Assembly: GCA_963845515.1 (NCBI GenBank)
Contig: CAWJSR010000045.1
Location: forward strand, 96,001-160,000
Source: an uncultured delta proteobacterium
GTDB lineage: Bacteria > Myxococcota > Myxococcia > Myxococcales > Anaeromyxobacteraceae
Direction of reading: 5' to 3'
DNA: 64,000 bases
The notes below the pieces were generated by a model, which was given only the letters and a program-made list of their open reading frames with translations, was not told the origin of the DNA and ran no database searches. Below are positions 1-11,386 of the stretch, piece by piece. The position numbers and the translations under genes were made by a program. The stretch's first letter is position 1. Each line of letters starts with the position of its first letter.

Positions 1-346
1 CGGGCTCCTCTCGTTCGTCGTCGCGCGCTTCCTGCCGGTCCTGGCCGTCCCGTACACCTGCCCGATGAAGGGGATCTTCGGGATCCCCTGCGCCACCTGC
101 GGGATGACCCACGCGTTCGTCGCCCTGTCCCGGGGCGAGGTGGGCGCAGCCGTGGCCGCGAGCCCGCTGGGGGCGCTGCTCGCGGCGGCGGCGTGGCTCT
201 ACGCTGCGGTCGACCTCGGCCGGGCCGCGCTCGGCCTGCCCTTCCCAGTGCTCGACCTCAGGCTCCAGCGGGCCGCAGTCGCGGCGGCGGTCGCCGCGCT
301 CGCCCTCAACTGGGCGTGGCTCCTCTCCACCGGATCCCCCACATGA
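1..346 (+). CDS. DUF2752-family membrane protein (5' partial)
   Basis: Frame open from window start; CP..GIPCATCGMT motif plus hydrophobic helices; stop overlaps the next ATG (ATGA). Confidence 0.75.
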   Translation, partial: GLLSFVVARFLPVLAVPYTCPMKGIFGIPCATCGMTHAFVALSRGEVGAAVAASPLGALLAAAAWLYAAVDLGRAALGLPFPVLDLRLQRAAVAAAVAALALNWAWLLSTGSPT

Positions 347-948
347 ACGACTCGATCTTCGGCGCGCTGCTCGTCGTCGCCGGCTACCTCTGCGGCTCAA
401 TCCCGTTCGGCGTCATCCTCACGCGGCTCTTCGTCGGCGTCGACGTGCGGCAGGTGGGCTCCGGCAACATCGGCGCCACCAACGTCGCGCGGGTCGGCGG
501 CAGGAAGGTCGCCATCCCCGTCTTCATCCTCGACGTGGCGAAGGCGGTGATCCCGATCCTCGTCGCGCGCCGGCTGCTCGCGGGGACGCCGAACGGCGAG
601 CTCTGGACGACGCTGGTCGCCGTCGCCGCCCTGAGCGGTCACGTCTTCCCGGTCTGGCTGGGGTTCAACGGGGGCAAGGGCGTCGCCACCGGCCTCGGCG
701 TCTTCTTCGTGCTCGAGCCGTGGGCGGCGATCGCCGGCTTCTCGGTCTGGATCGGCGTCTACCTGACGATCAAGGTCTCCTCGCTCGGCTCGCTGGGCGG
801 GACCGCCGTCTGCGCCATCACCGTCTTCATCCTCAGGGGCGCGCACAGCCCCATCTCCTGGGCCGGGCTGGCGATCGCCGCGATCATCTTCTACCGCCAC
901 AAGGAGAACATCCGGCGGCTCGTCACCGGGGAGGAGAAGAAGGTCTGA
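343..948 (+). CDS. plsY: Glycerol-3-phosphate 1-O-acyltransferase PlsY
   Basis: GSIPFG, GSGNIGATNV.R, GHVFPVWLGFNGGKGVAT and RHKENIRRL motifs. Confidence 0.95.
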   Translation: MNDSIFGALLVVAGYLCGSIPFGVILTRLFVGVDVRQVGSGNIGATNVARVGGRKVAIPVFILDVAKAVIPILVARRLLAGTPNGELWTTLVAVAALSGHVFPVWLGFNGGKGVATGLGVFFVLEPWAAIAGFSVWIGVYLTIKVSSLGSLGGTAVCAITVFILRGAHSPISWAGLAIAAIIFYRHKENIRRLVTGEEKKV

Positions 949-974
949 GGCGCCCGAGCCTCGCCCTGGGCCTC

Positions 975-1412
975 GTGCTCGCGCTCGCCTCTTCCGGCTG
1001 CGAACGGGAGCGGAGCCGCTACGCCACGCTCGCGGAGGCGCGGCAGGCCGGGGCGGTGGAGCGGGGCTGGATTCCGGCCTGGGTGCCGCAGGGCGCGACC
1101 GAGCTCGAGGAGGCGCACGATCCCGAGACGGGGCGGCAGCGGCTCAAGTTCAGGGCGCCGTCGGCGGAGCTCGCGGCGCTCGGAGGCGCGCTCCCGCGGC
1201 TCCACGTCTCGCGGATCTGTCCGTCGCGCGGCGCGCCGGCGATCGAGGGGAGCTGGCCCGAGGCGGTGGAGGAGGGCTCCGCCGCCTGGAAGCTCCGCTA
1301 CCTGAGCGCGACCTCGCCGGAGGGTCGCTCGCTGGCCGTCGCGATCGAGGGGACCAGCTCGACCGTCTACGCCTGGAGCTGTGCGGGGCCGGCGGGCTCC
1401 AGGTCGCCGTAG
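975..1412 (+). CDS. Hypothetical lipoprotein (start uncertain)
   Basis: Hydrophobic stretch ending LASSGC, then YATLAEAR..ERGWIP segment. Confidence 0.55.
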   Translation: MLALASSGCERERSRYATLAEARQAGAVERGWIPAWVPQGATELEEAHDPETGRQRLKFRAPSAELAALGGALPRLHVSRICPSRGAPAIEGSWPEAVEEGSAAWKLRYLSATSPEGRSLAVAIEGTSSTVYAWSCAGPAGSRSP

Positions 1413-1428
1413 GACGCCCGGCGCGGCC

Positions 1429-4209
1429 CTAGACGTTCGGGATCGGCGACGCCTCGCCCGGCGTCGCGCCGCGCATCAGCACCTGGCGCGGCTTCACGCC
1501 GTTCGCCGGGCCGACGAGCCCCTCGCGCTCCATGCGCTCGACGATCTTGGCCGCCTTGTTGTAGCCGAGCCGCATCTCGCGCTGGAGCTTCGAGACCGAG
1601 ACCTCGTCCATCCGCGCGACGAGCTCGATCGCCTGGTCGTAGACCGGGTCCTCGTCGTCCTCGTACCGGCCGCCGTCGGCGCCCTGGTCGCGCGCCTTGA
1701 GGATCGACTCGTCGTAGACGGGCCGCCCCTGCTCCTTGAGGAACCCTACGACGCGGTGCAGCTCCTCCTCGGAGACGAAGGCGCCCTGCACGCGGGTGAG
1801 CGCGGCGGTGGCGGTCAGGAGCAGCATGTCGCCGTTCCCGAGGAGCGCCTCCGCGCCCGGGCCGTTGATGATGGTCTGCGAGTCATGGCGGCTCCCCAGC
1901 CGGAACGAGATGCGGGCGGGGAAGTTGTTCTTGATGGTGCCGGTGACGACGTCGGTGGACGGGCGCTGCGTCGCGACGATGAGGTGGATGCCGGTGGCGC
2001 GGGCCTTCGCGGCGAGCCGGGCGAGCGAGGTCTCCACCTCGCGCGGCGCGGTGATCATGAGGTCGGCGAGCTCGTCGATCACGACCACGATGTAGGGCAG
2101 CTTCTGCGGGAGCTTCTTCTCGTCCCGCGCGGCGACGGGATCGGCCGGCGGCGGCGCCGTGGGATCCTCGAACTCCGGCGTGGCGGTCACGGGCTCCGGC
2201 GCCGGCTCGGCGGCGGCCCTGGCGACCGCCTCCTCCTCGGACTCGCCGGCGGCGACGTCGACGATCACGAGCTTCTTCGGGGGGAGCGCGTCGTCGCGCT
2301 CGGCGAAGGTCTTCCCCTCGGCGCGCAGCTTCTCCGCCTTCTGGTTGTAGCTCTTGAGGTCCTTCGACCCGGTGTCGGCGAGGATCTGGGTGCGCCGCTC
2401 CATCTCGTCCACGGCCCACTGCAGCGCGCGCGCGGCCTTCTGCGGGTCGGTCACGACCGGCAGGAGGAGGTGGGGGATGTGCTCGTAGGGGGAGAGCTCG
2501 GTCATCTTCGGGTCGACCATGATCATCCGCACCTCGGCCGGCGTCTGCCGGTAGAGCATGCTGAGGATCATCGTGTTGAGCCCGACCGACTTCCCGGAGC
2601 CGGTGGTGCCCGCGATCAGGAGGTGCGGCATCTTCTGGAGATCGACGCAGTACGGGACCCCTTCGATGTCCTTCCCGAGGCCGAGCGGCAGGAAGCCGCT
2701 GGCCTGGCCGAAGGACTCCGACTCCAGGATGTCCCGCAGGAAGACGGTCCCGCGGTCCTTGTTGGGCACCTCGATGCCGACCACGCCCTTGCCCGGGATC
2801 GGCGCGATGATCCGGATGCGCGTGGTCGACAGGGCCATGGTCAGCTCCTTGTCGAGGTTCTCGATCTTGGCGAGCTTCACGCCGGCGACCGGCGAGAACT
2901 CGTAGAGCGTGACGACGGGGCCCGGCCGGATGTGTCCGATCCGGCCGTCGACGCCGTGCTGCTTGAGCGTCGCGACGATCACCTCGGCGGTCCGGGTGAG
3001 GCCGTTCTCGTCTACGGCCTTCGCCTTCTCCTCGTGGGCGTCGAGCAGGTCGATCGACGGGAGCTGGAAGACGTCGCCCGCCTTCGTGAACGTGAAGGAG
3101 GGGGCCTCCTTCTTGCCGTCCTTCTTCCGCTTGCCCCGCTCCAGCATGGCCTGGCTGACGACGATCTCGGGCTTCGCGAGCGAGAGCGGCGGGACGATCA
3201 TCGGCGAGGCGAGCGGCTCGGCGGCCGCCGAGGCGTTGGGCTGGGCCAACGCGCCGTCCACCTCGGGCTTCGGCTCCTCCTTCGCCTTGCGGCGTCGCCT
3301 CGGCGTCTCCAGCACGACCTCGGGCTCCTCGTCGACGTCGACGAAGGCGCTGGCGGCGAGCGCGCCGACCCAGGCCGGCTCGTCGAAGGTCCGGCGCACC
3401 TGCTCGAGCGCGAGCGCTCCCGCGACCGCGCGCCCCTCCTCGCAGTCCTCCTCGCTCTGCCCCTCGACCACGGCCGAGGCTGCGAGCTCCTCCGCCTGCC
3501 GGACGCGCTCGGCCGCCTCCTCCGCGCGGAGCTCGGCGATCGCCACCCGGTGCTCGTCGACCGCGCCGCGCAGCTGGTCGTGGGCGAAGCCGCCGAGGGA
3601 ACGGGCGCTGCCGGCGAAGGCGGCCGCCACGCGCTGGATCTTGAGATCGGTGGCCACGATGAGCGCGACCGTCGTCGTCGTGCCCAGGGCGAGGACGGAG
3701 CCCCAGAAGCCGAGGAGCCGCTCTGCGCTCGTGCCCAGCGAGGCCCCCACGGCGCCGCCGACGGGGAAGCTCGGCGTGACGTGGCCCGTGAGGAGGAGCT
3801 GGCAGAGCGTCGCGAGCGAGAAGGTCAGCGCCGCGTACGCGGCGGCCGAGAGGATCGTCACCCGGCGCGGCTCGTCCCTGAAGAGCTTCCAGGCCGCGAC
3901 CCCCATGCCGATCGGGAGGACGATGGCCGCGAAGCCCAGGACGCCGAAGACGCCGCCGGCCACCCAATGGCCGATCCGGCCGACGAGGTTGGCCGGCGAG
4001 AGGCCGCGCGCGATGAGCGCGCCGTCGAGCGAGGTGAAGGTCGTGAGGGCCAGGAAGAGACCGACCGCGATCGCCAGCAGCGCGACCGCGTAGATGTCCC
4101 GCTTCATCCCGGTGGGGGCGCTCTCGCGCGACCGGTTGGGGGGCGGCTTCTCGCCCCGCCCCGCCCGCTGCCGCTCCGAAAGTCGCCGATTCCCCTTGGG
4201 CTTGCCCAT
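1429..4209 (-). CDS. ftsK: DNA translocase FtsK
   Basis: N-terminal TM helices; PHLLIAGTTGSGKS Walker A; VVVIDELADL; ATQRPS; C-terminal gamma domain LQREMRLGYNKAA. Confidence 0.97.
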   Translation of the reverse strand: MGKPKGNRRLSERQRAGRGEKPPPNRSRESAPTGMKRDIYAVALLAIAVGLFLALTTFTSLDGALIARGLSPANLVGRIGHWVAGGVFGVLGFAAIVLPIGMGVAAWKLFRDEPRRVTILSAAAYAALTFSLATLCQLLLTGHVTPSFPVGGAVGASLGTSAERLLGFWGSVLALGTTTTVALIVATDLKIQRVAAAFAGSARSLGGFAHDQLRGAVDEHRVAIAELRAEEAAERVRQAEELAASAVVEGQSEEDCEEGRAVAGALALEQVRRTFDEPAWVGALAASAFVDVDEEPEVVLETPRRRRKAKEEPKPEVDGALAQPNASAAAEPLASPMIVPPLSLAKPEIVVSQAMLERGKRKKDGKKEAPSFTFTKAGDVFQLPSIDLLDAHEEKAKAVDENGLTRTAEVIVATLKQHGVDGRIGHIRPGPVVTLYEFSPVAGVKLAKIENLDKELTMALSTTRIRIIAPIPGKGVVGIEVPNKDRGTVFLRDILESESFGQASGFLPLGLGKDIEGVPYCVDLQKMPHLLIAGTTGSGKSVGLNTMILSMLYRQTPAEVRMIMVDPKMTELSPYEHIPHLLLPVVTDPQKAARALQWAVDEMERRTQILADTGSKDLKSYNQKAEKLRAEGKTFAERDDALPPKKLVIVDVAAGESEEEAVARAAAEPAPEPVTATPEFEDPTAPPPADPVAARDEKKLPQKLPYIVVVIDELADLMITAPREVETSLARLAAKARATGIHLIVATQRPSTDVVTGTIKNNFPARISFRLGSRHDSQTIINGPGAEALLGNGDMLLLTATAALTRVQGAFVSEEELHRVVGFLKEQGRPVYDESILKARDQGADGGRYEDDEDPVYDQAIELVARMDEVSVSKLQREMRLGYNKAAKIVERMEREGLVGPANGVKPRQVLMRGATPGEASPIPNV

Positions 4210-4364
4210 GGCGCTGCACACCTCGTTCCCGAATCGCCCCCGCCCCAACGGACGGGAGCCCCCGACATCCGAAAATATCGGTGGGTAGCGGGTGGTCAAT
4301 TTTTCGGCGGTGCCTGGGGAGCTGGCATAGTATCGCGGAGATAGAGGGGTTTTTCGGATCCTGC

Positions 4365-5870
4365 ATGGACGTCCGCTGCGAGCGATGCCGGGCACAGTAT
4401 GTGTTCGATGACGATCAGGTCACCCCCGGTGGCCTGACGGTCCAATGCACCAACTGTGGACACGTCTTCAGAGTGAAGGTGAAGGGGCTGGTCGTCACGG
4501 TCCCGGTGAAGCCCGGCGAGCTGGACGGCGTGCCGGTGCCCGCAGACTCCGCCTCCCTCAGGCCGGGCGGAGCCCCGCCCGCAGCGGCCCCGCCCGCACC
4601 GGCCGCGGAGCCGTCGGCGACGCCCGGCCCGCAGGCCACCCCGGTGCCGAGCCCGGCGGGTCCACCCCCGAAGGAGTGGCGCGTCCGCCAGTCGAACGGG
4701 AACGTCTTCACGTTCAAGGAGTTGACGACGCTCCAGAAGTGGATCGTCGAGCAGAAGGTCGCGCGCGACGACGAGATCTCGCTGTCGGGCGACCAGTGGA
4801 AGCGGCTGGGAAACATCGCGGAGCTCGCCAGCTTCTTCCAGGTCGTCGAGGCGGCCGAGAGCGCCAGGGCGCACCCGGCGATGCCCGCCGTCACGCCGAT
4901 CCCGATGCCGAACGTCTCGGTCTACCCCGTGATGCAGGCGCCGCCGGGTTATCCACCGGGCTACCCCTCGGCCTACCCGCAGTCGTCCTATCCACCGCCG
5001 CCGCCGTCCTTCGCCGTTCCCCCGCCGCCAGCGGTCACCCCGCCAGCGCGCCCGCTCCCCGCGCCCACGCAGGCCGCGCCCGTGCCGGCGGCCGCGCCGG
5101 CGCGCAGGTCGGTGGGCAGCTCCATGGACTCGAAGCTCGACGAGGCCGACCTCTCCGCGGTGAAGCGCGGGAGGGGATGGGTGGTCCTCCTGACCCTGCT
5201 CGTGCTGGCGGCGGGCGGGGCCGGCGCCCTCTACGTCTGGAGGCCCGCGCTGCTCGGCCTCGCGCCTGGGTCAGCCCCGGAGACCCACGAGGTCCCGATC
5301 ACCTTCGAGCTGAAGCCGTCCGTCGCCGCCCCGCCCGCGGGAGATCCCGTCAGCGGTGCCGCCGAGGGCGAGCCGCCCGCCGACGCAGCGCCCCCCCCTC
5401 TGGACTCCACGCCGATGCCGGCGCCGGTCCAGGTCGGAGAGGCACCGCTGCCGGTGGCGCCCGAGCTGGTCGTGAAGCCCGAGCCGAGCAAGCCTCCAGT
5501 GGCACCCTCGAGGGGTCCCAAGCAGCTCCTGGCCGACGCCCAGCGGCTGCGGGAGCGGGGGTCGATCGACAAGGCGCTCGACCTCTACGATCGGGTCATC
5601 CAGGCGCAGCCGGGCAACGCTCGCGCGCTCGCGGGGCGCGGTTTGTGCTATCTGGATTTGCAGCAGTATGCCCCCGCCGAGCAGAGCTTCCGGGCGGCCC
5701 TCCGGGCCGATCCAGAGGAGGAGGATGCGCTCCTCGGGCTCGCGGAGGCCGCCCGGTACCAGGGCAAGCGGCCGGAGGCCATCCAGCATTACGAGAGGTA
5801 CCTCGCCCTCCACCCGGACGGCGAGGACGCCGTGGCGGCCAGGAACGCCATCCAACAGCTCAAGGAGTGA
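4365..5870 (+). CDS. Zinc-ribbon (MJ0042-like)/Pro-rich/TM/TPR protein
   Basis: CERC...CTNC N-terminus, Pro-rich linker, one TM helix, C-terminal TPR repeats. Confidence 0.8.
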   Translation: MDVRCERCRAQYVFDDDQVTPGGLTVQCTNCGHVFRVKVKGLVVTVPVKPGELDGVPVPADSASLRPGGAPPAAAPPAPAAEPSATPGPQATPVPSPAGPPPKEWRVRQSNGNVFTFKELTTLQKWIVEQKVARDDEISLSGDQWKRLGNIAELASFFQVVEAAESARAHPAMPAVTPIPMPNVSVYPVMQAPPGYPPGYPSAYPQSSYPPPPPSFAVPPPPAVTPPARPLPAPTQAAPVPAAAPARRSVGSSMDSKLDEADLSAVKRGRGWVVLLTLLVLAAGGAGALYVWRPALLGLAPGSAPETHEVPITFELKPSVAAPPAGDPVSGAAEGEPPADAAPPPLDSTPMPAPVQVGEAPLPVAPELVVKPEPSKPPVAPSRGPKQLLADAQRLRERGSIDKALDLYDRVIQAQPGNARALAGRGLCYLDLQQYAPAEQSFRAALRADPEEEDALLGLAEAARYQGKRPEAIQHYERYLALHPDGEDAVAARNAIQQLKE

Positions 5871-5872
5871 AA

Positions 5873-6211
5873 ATGTCGGACCGCGGAGCCCCCAACAAGC
5901 CGTCCCAGACCGAGGATGAGTACTTCGTTCGCGAGGACGCAGAGAAGAAGCGCCGGATCGCCATCCAGGTGAAGCGCGAGACCAAGGACAGCGAGCTCAA
6001 GGCGCTGAAGGACCTGCACTTCATGCACTGCCCCAAGTGCGGGCTCGGCATGCAGGAGGTGAAGTACAAGGGCGTCGACGTCGACGTCTGCTTCGCGTGC
6101 GGTGGCGTCTTCCTCGACAGGGGCGAGCTGGAGCACATCGCGCAGAAGGACGAGACGAAGGGCGTGATGAGCGCCATCCTCAACTGGCTCAACCCCGAGG
6201 CGAAGCCTTAG
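5873..6211 (+). CDS. zf-TFIIB-like zinc-ribbon protein
   Basis: EDEYF N-terminus; CPKC...DVCFACGGVFLDRGELE. Confidence 0.8.
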   Translation: MSDRGAPNKPSQTEDEYFVREDAEKKRRIAIQVKRETKDSELKALKDLHFMHCPKCGLGMQEVKYKGVDVDVCFACGGVFLDRGELEHIAQKDETKGVMSAILNWLNPEAKP

Positions 6212-6215
6212 CTCG

Positions 6216-6509
6216 ATGGCACTCTCGCTGGAGGAGGTCCGCCGGATCGCCCAGCTCGCGCGGCTGAGGCTCGGGTCCGAGGAGGAGCAGGCGTTCGCGG
6301 TGCAGCTCTCCGCGATCCTCGACCACGTCGCGGAGTTGTCCAAGCTCGACGTCACCGGCGTCGAGCCGATGACGCACGCGCTCGCCGCGGGGGAGGGCGC
6401 CCCGCTGCGCGAGGACGTGGTCCAGCCGAGCCTCGCCCCGGACGTCGCCCTCGCCAACGCGCCGGCGCGGGAAGGGACCTGCTTCAAGGTCCCGAGGATC
6501 ATCGAGTGA
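6216..6509 (+). CDS. gatC: Asp/Glu-tRNA amidotransferase subunit C
   Basis: [11 protein letters not shown]...FKVPRII; position upstream of gatA. Confidence 0.95.
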   Translation: MALSLEEVRRIAQLARLRLGSEEEQAFAVQLSAILDHVAELSKLDVTGVEPMTHALAAGEGAPLREDVVQPSLAPDVALANAPAREGTCFKVPRIIE

Positions 6510-7996
6510 CCACCGCCAGCAAGGAGCTCACGGCCCTGGGCCTCCGCGAGATGGGGGACCGTCTCGCGGGGCGCAAGGAGTCGTCGCGCGAGCTGGTCGA
6601 CGCCTCGCTCGCCCGCATCGAGGCGACCGACGCCCGCGTCGGGGCCTTCCTCAAGGTGACGCCGGAGCGGGCGCGCGCGCGCGCCGCGGAGTCGGACGAC
6701 CGGATCGCCCGCGGGGAGCGCCGCTCGGCGATCGACGGGGTCCCCGTCGCGGTGAAGGACATCTTCCTCACCAGGGGCGTGGAGACGACCTGTGCGTCGC
6801 GGATCCTGGAGGGGTTCGTCCCCGCCTTCGACGCGACCGTGATCGAGCGGCTGGAGCAGGCCGGCGCGGTCATCGTCGGGAAGCTCAACATGGACGAGTT
6901 CGCGATGGGCTCGTCCAACGAGAACTCCGCCTACAAGCCGTGCCACAACCCGCACGACCTCGCCCGGACCCCGGGCGGCAGCTCGGGCGGGTCCGCGGCG
7001 GCGGTGGCGGCCCGGCAGGTGCCGGCCTCGCTCGGCACCGACACCGGCGGCTCCATCCGGCTCCCGGCCTCCTTCTGCGGCGTCGTCGGCCTGAAGCCCA
7101 CGTACGGGCGCGTGTCGCGCTACGGCGTCATCGCCTTCGCGAGCTCGCTCGACCAGGTGGGCCCGGTGGCGCGCTCCGTCGAGGACGCGGCGATCCTGCT
7201 TGGCACCATCGCGGGGCACGATCCGCGCGACATGACCTCCTCCACGCGCCCGGTGGACGACTACCTCGCCTCGCTGGAGCAGGGCGCCAAGGGGCTGAGG
7301 ATCGGCGTCCCGAAGGAGTGGTTCCAGGGGGGCGTCGACGCCGGCGTCGAGCGGCTCGTCCGCGACGCGCTCGGCCGGTACGAGAAGCTCGGCGCCAGGC
7401 TCGTCGAGGTGTCCCTCCCACACACGCGCTACGGGATCGGCGCCTATTACCTCATCGCGACGGCCGAGGCGTCGTCGAACCTCGCGCGCTATGACGGCGT
7501 CCGGTTCGGCCTGCGCGCCGCGGGCGACCGCGGCCTCAAGGAGATGTACTCCGAGACCCGGGAGCGAGGGTTCGGTCCGGAGCCGAAGCGCCGCATCATG
7601 CTCGGGACCTACGCCCTCTCCGCCGGCTACTACGACGCCTACTACCTGCGGGCCCAGAAGGTCCGCACGCTCATCCGGCGGGACTTCGATCAGGCGTTCG
7701 AGCAGGTCGACGTGGTCGCCGGGCCGGTGGCTCCCACCTGCGCCTTCAAGCTCGGCGAGCGCACCGCGGATCCGCTCCAGATGTACCTCGCCGACATCTT
7801 CACCATCACCTGCAACCTCGCGGCGCTGCCGGGCATGAGCGTGCCCTGCGGGCTCCACGCCGAGAGCCGCCTGCCGGTCGGCCTCCAGCTCGTCGGGCGC
7901 CCCTTCGACGAGGTGACGCTGCTGCGCGCCGCGAGGGCGCTCGAGCGCGAGGTCGGCCCCGGCCCGGCGCCTGCCGCGCTCGTGGGAGACGCCTGA
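6506..7996 (+). CDS. gatA: Asp/Glu-tRNA amidotransferase subunit A
   Basis: Amidase signature [34 protein letters not shown]. Confidence 0.97.
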   Translation: MTTASKELTALGLREMGDRLAGRKESSRELVDASLARIEATDARVGAFLKVTPERARARAAESDDRIARGERRSAIDGVPVAVKDIFLTRGVETTCASRILEGFVPAFDATVIERLEQAGAVIVGKLNMDEFAMGSSNENSAYKPCHNPHDLARTPGGSSGGSAAAVAARQVPASLGTDTGGSIRLPASFCGVVGLKPTYGRVSRYGVIAFASSLDQVGPVARSVEDAAILLGTIAGHDPRDMTSSTRPVDDYLASLEQGAKGLRIGVPKEWFQGGVDAGVERLVRDALGRYEKLGARLVEVSLPHTRYGIGAYYLIATAEASSNLARYDGVRFGLRAAGDRGLKEMYSETRERGFGPEPKRRIMLGTYALSAGYYDAYYLRAQKVRTLIRRDFDQAFEQVDVVAGPVAPTCAFKLGERTADPLQMYLADIFTITCNLAALPGMSVPCGLHAESRLPVGLQLVGRPFDEVTLLRAARALEREVGPGPAPAALVGDA

Positions 7997-9450
7997 TGGC
8001 CTTCCAGGACTTCCAGGTCGTCCTCGGGCTGGAGGTCCACGCCCAGCTGCTCACCCGCAGCAAGATCTTCTGCGGCTGCTCGACCGAGTTCGGCGGCGAG
8101 CCCAACACCCACACCTGCCCGGTGTGCCTCGGGATGCCGGGCGTGCTGCCGTCGCTCAACAGGCAGGTGGTCGAGTTCGCGGTCCGGACCGGCCTCGCCC
8201 TCGGGTGCGACGTCCGCCCGAAGAGCATCTGGGCGCGCAAGAACTACTTCTACCCGGACCTGCCCAAGGGCTACCAGGTGAGCCAGTACGAGGCGCCGAT
8301 CTGCCTCGGCGGCGGCGTCGACATCACGGTGGACGGCGTGGACAAGCGGATCCGGCTGACCCGGATCCACATGGAGGAGGACGCCGGCAAGAACCTGCAC
8401 GACATCGCGGCCGACGGCTCGTCCGGCGTGGACCTGAACCGCGCCGGCGTGCCGCTGATCGAGATCGTCTCCGAGCCCGACCTCCGGTCGGTCGACGAGG
8501 CGATCGAGTACCTGAAGGAGCTCCGCGCGATCCTCGTCTGCCTCGGCGTCAACGACGGCAACCTCGAGGAGGGCTCCTTCCGGTGCGACGCGAACGTGTC
8601 GATCATGCCGCTCGGGGCCACCGAGCTGGGCACGCGGTGCGAGATCAAGAACATGAACTCGTTCCGCTTCCTCCGGCAGGCGATCGACTACGAGGTCCGC
8701 AGGCAGGTCGAGATCGTGGAGGGCGGCGGGAAGATCCGGCAGGAGACGCGCCTCTTCGACACCGCGCGCGGCGAGACCCGGTCGATGCGCTCCAAGGAGG
8801 AGGCGCACGACTACCGCTACTTCCCCGAGCCGGATCTGCCGCCGGTGCTCGTCGAGCCGGCGCTGGTGGAGCGGGTCAGGGCGGCGCTCCCCGAGCTGCC
8901 GCGCGCGCGCGCGGCGCGCTACCAGCAGTCGCTCGGCCTCTCGGCGTACGACGCCGGCCTCCTCGTCTCCGACGCGGCGGTGGCCGGCTTCTTCGACGCG
9001 ACGCTCGCCGCCTACGGCAAGGGGCCCGAGGCGGCCAAGAAGGTGGCGAACTGGCTCGTGGGCGACGTCGCGAGGCTGGCCAACGAGACCGGGCTGGCGC
9101 CCGCGGGGTGGAGGCTGACGCCGGCCCACCTCGCCGAGATCCTCGGGCTCGTCGACGCCGGCACGATCGGCGGCCCCGGCGCGAAGCAGGTCGTGGAGGC
9201 GGTCTTCAGGACCGGCGACGCGCCCGCCTCGGTCGTCCAGGCGAAGGGGCTCGCCCAGGTCTCCGACGAGGGGGCGATCGAGGCGGCCGTGGACCGCGTC
9301 CTCGCGGCGAGCGCGGCCGAGGTGGAGCGCTACCGCGGCGGCAACACGAAGCTGATGGGCTTCTTCGTGGGGCAGGTGATGAAGGAGACGAAGGGGAAGG
9401 CCAACCCCGCCGTCGTGAACGCGCTGCTCAAGCGAAAGCTGGGGGGCTAG
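7996..9450 (+). CDS. gatB: Asp/Glu-tRNA amidotransferase subunit B
   Basis: [32 protein letters not shown]. Confidence 0.97.
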   Translation: MAFQDFQVVLGLEVHAQLLTRSKIFCGCSTEFGGEPNTHTCPVCLGMPGVLPSLNRQVVEFAVRTGLALGCDVRPKSIWARKNYFYPDLPKGYQVSQYEAPICLGGGVDITVDGVDKRIRLTRIHMEEDAGKNLHDIAADGSSGVDLNRAGVPLIEIVSEPDLRSVDEAIEYLKELRAILVCLGVNDGNLEEGSFRCDANVSIMPLGATELGTRCEIKNMNSFRFLRQAIDYEVRRQVEIVEGGGKIRQETRLFDTARGETRSMRSKEEAHDYRYFPEPDLPPVLVEPALVERVRAALPELPRARAARYQQSLGLSAYDAGLLVSDAAVAGFFDATLAAYGKGPEAAKKVANWLVGDVARLANETGLAPAGWRLTPAHLAEILGLVDAGTIGGPGAKQVVEAVFRTGDAPASVVQAKGLAQVSDEGAIEAAVDRVLAASAAEVERYRGGNTKLMGFFVGQVMKETKGKANPAVVNALLKRKLGG

Positions 9451-9451
9451 C

Positions 9452-10483
9452 ATGCCCGGTCCGATGCAGCGAGAGCCCCTCCGTCCGGTCCTCTACGACG
9501 CAGCGCGCGACGTCGTCCGACTCCTCGACCAGCGACGCCTGCCGCTCGAGGAGGCCTGGCTCGAGCTGACCAGCGCCGACGAGGTCGTCCAGGCGATCAA
9601 GGACCTGACGGTCCGGGGCGCGCCGGCCATCGGCGTCGCGGCGGCGTACGGCCTCGCCGTCGAGGCGCGACGAGGCGCGAACCCGCACGCGCTGCGCGAG
9701 GCGGCCGACCGGCTCGCGCACGCCCGTCCGACCGCGGTGAACCTCGCGTGGGCGGTCCGTCGGATGGTCCGCCGCCTCGGGCTCGGCCCGGCGGAGATCC
9801 TCGCCGAGGCGAACGCCATCCGTGACGAGGACGAGGCCAGCTGCCGCCGGATCGGCCAGCTGGGGGCTCCGCTGGTGCCGCCGCGGGCAAACATCCTGAC
9901 GCACTGCAACGCCGGCGCGCTCGCGACCGCAGGGTACGGGACGGCCCTCGGCGTGGTCCGGGCGGCCGTCGAGGCCGGCAGGGCGGTCCGCGTCTACGCA
10001 GACGAGACCCGCCCCTTCCTGCAGGGCGCGCGGCTCACGGCGTGGGAGCTGAATCGCGATGGGATCCCGGTCACCGTCCTGACCGACGCCATGGGGGGCT
10101 GGCTGATGGCGCGCGGAGAGATCGACTGCGTCATCGTCGGCGCCGATCGGATCGCCGCCAACGGCGACGTCGCCAACAAGATCGGCACGTACTCCCTCGC
10201 CGTCCTCGCCGGTCACCACGGCGTGCCGTTCTACGTGGCCGCCCCGTGGAGCACGGTCGACCTCTCGACCCCGAGCGGGCGCGAGATCCCGATCGAGGAG
10301 CGCCCGTCAGACGAGGTGCTCGTGATCGCCGGTCAGCGGATCGCGCCGGAGGGCGTGTCGGCGCGGTACCCGGCGTTCGACGTCACCCCGGAGCGGCTGA
10401 TCACGGCGATCATCACGGAGCGCGGCGTGGTCCGGCGCCCCTACGACGACGGGCTGAGGGCGCTCGCCGGCGAGTCGACGTGA
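9452..10483 (+). CDS. mtnA: S-methyl-5-thioribose-1-phosphate isomerase
   Basis: [49 protein letters not shown]. Confidence 0.95.
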   Translation: MPGPMQREPLRPVLYDAARDVVRLLDQRRLPLEEAWLELTSADEVVQAIKDLTVRGAPAIGVAAAYGLAVEARRGANPHALREAADRLAHARPTAVNLAWAVRRMVRRLGLGPAEILAEANAIRDEDEASCRRIGQLGAPLVPPRANILTHCNAGALATAGYGTALGVVRAAVEAGRAVRVYADETRPFLQGARLTAWELNRDGIPVTVLTDAMGGWLMARGEIDCVIVGADRIAANGDVANKIGTYSLAVLAGHHGVPFYVAAPWSTVDLSTPSGREIPIEERPSDEVLVIAGQRIAPEGVSARYPAFDVTPERLITAIITERGVVRRPYDDGLRALAGEST

Positions 10484-11379
10484 GCAGCCTGGGCTCGACC
10501 CGCGTCTTCGGCCACTCGCACGGCGGCGTCGTGGAGGTCGGCCTCAGGCGCCGCCCGCTGAAGGACCTGTACCACTGGCTCGTCACCGGCCCATGGGCGC
10601 GGGTGCTCGTCGTCTACGGCCTCGTCTACTTCGCGACGGAGGGGATCTTCGCCGCGATCGACTTCGCCATCGGGGAGGTGCCGGCCGGCCGCGGCGTCTT
10701 CGCCGCGGCGCTGGTGGAGGCGGTCCGCGCGCCCGTGGAGGGGCGCGACGTCGCCGAGCCGCTCCGGACCGTCCTGGCGGGGGTCGTCGGCAGCGTCGAG
10801 GGGTTCATCCGCTGGCTCGAGCTGGCGCTCGGCGCCGGCATCATCCTGACCAAGTTCTCGCTCCTCCGGGCGCGCATCATCTTCAGCCGGGTCGCGGTGA
10901 TCGCGCCCGGCGACGACGGCCCGGCGCTCATGTTCCGCATGGCCAACGAGCGGGTGAGCAACATCATCGACGCCAAGGTCAACGCGCTCCTCGTCTGGAA
11001 CGAGAAGGACGAGCGGGGGGAGCTGGTGCGCCGGGCGCACGACCTCGCGCTCGCGCGCGGCGGCTCCGCCCTCTTCACGCACGCCTGGACCGCCAACCAC
11101 CCGATCGACCGGGAGAGCCCGCTCCGCGGCTGCGACGAGACGGCCCTCCAGCTGGCGGAGGCGGAGCTCATCGTGAGCCTCTCGGGCTACGACGAGGCGC
11201 TCACGCGGGTCATGTACGCGCGCCACGTCTACCCTGCCGAGAAGATCCTTTGGAGCCACCGGTTCCGCGAGATAGTGAGGCCGCTCCCCGACGGGCGCAG
11301 GCGGATCGACTATCGCCGCTTCCACGAAGCGGAGCCGGTGGCGCCCGAGGAAAAGGGCTCGAGGGCCCGGAGACGCTAG
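10480..11379 (+). CDS. KirBac (inward-rectifier K+ channel)-like protein lacking the GYG filter
   Basis: DLYHWL slide helix, two TMs, [36 protein letters not shown] cytoplasmic domain. Confidence 0.8.
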   Translation: MSSLGSTRVFGHSHGGVVEVGLRRRPLKDLYHWLVTGPWARVLVVYGLVYFATEGIFAAIDFAIGEVPAGRGVFAAALVEAVRAPVEGRDVAEPLRTVLAGVVGSVEGFIRWLELALGAGIILTKFSLLRARIIFSRVAVIAPGDDGPALMFRMANERVSNIIDAKVNALLVWNEKDERGELVRRAHDLALARGGSALFTHAWTANHPIDRESPLRGCDETALQLAEAELIVSLSGYDEALTRVMYARHVYPAEKILWSHRFREIVRPLPDGRRRIDYRRFHEAEPVAPEEKGSRARRR

Positions 11380-11386
11380 AGGAGGG

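Noticed and set aside
2110..2340. Acidic Pro/Ala insertion in the FtsK motor domain as an intein
   Set aside because: Short and low-complexity, with no intein splice motifs; likely a variable loop
1381..4344. Long antisense ORFs (also 16500-20099, 22756-25278, 5789-7858 and others)
   Set aside because: Stop-poor mirror frames of high-GC housekeeping genes with no recognisable motifs
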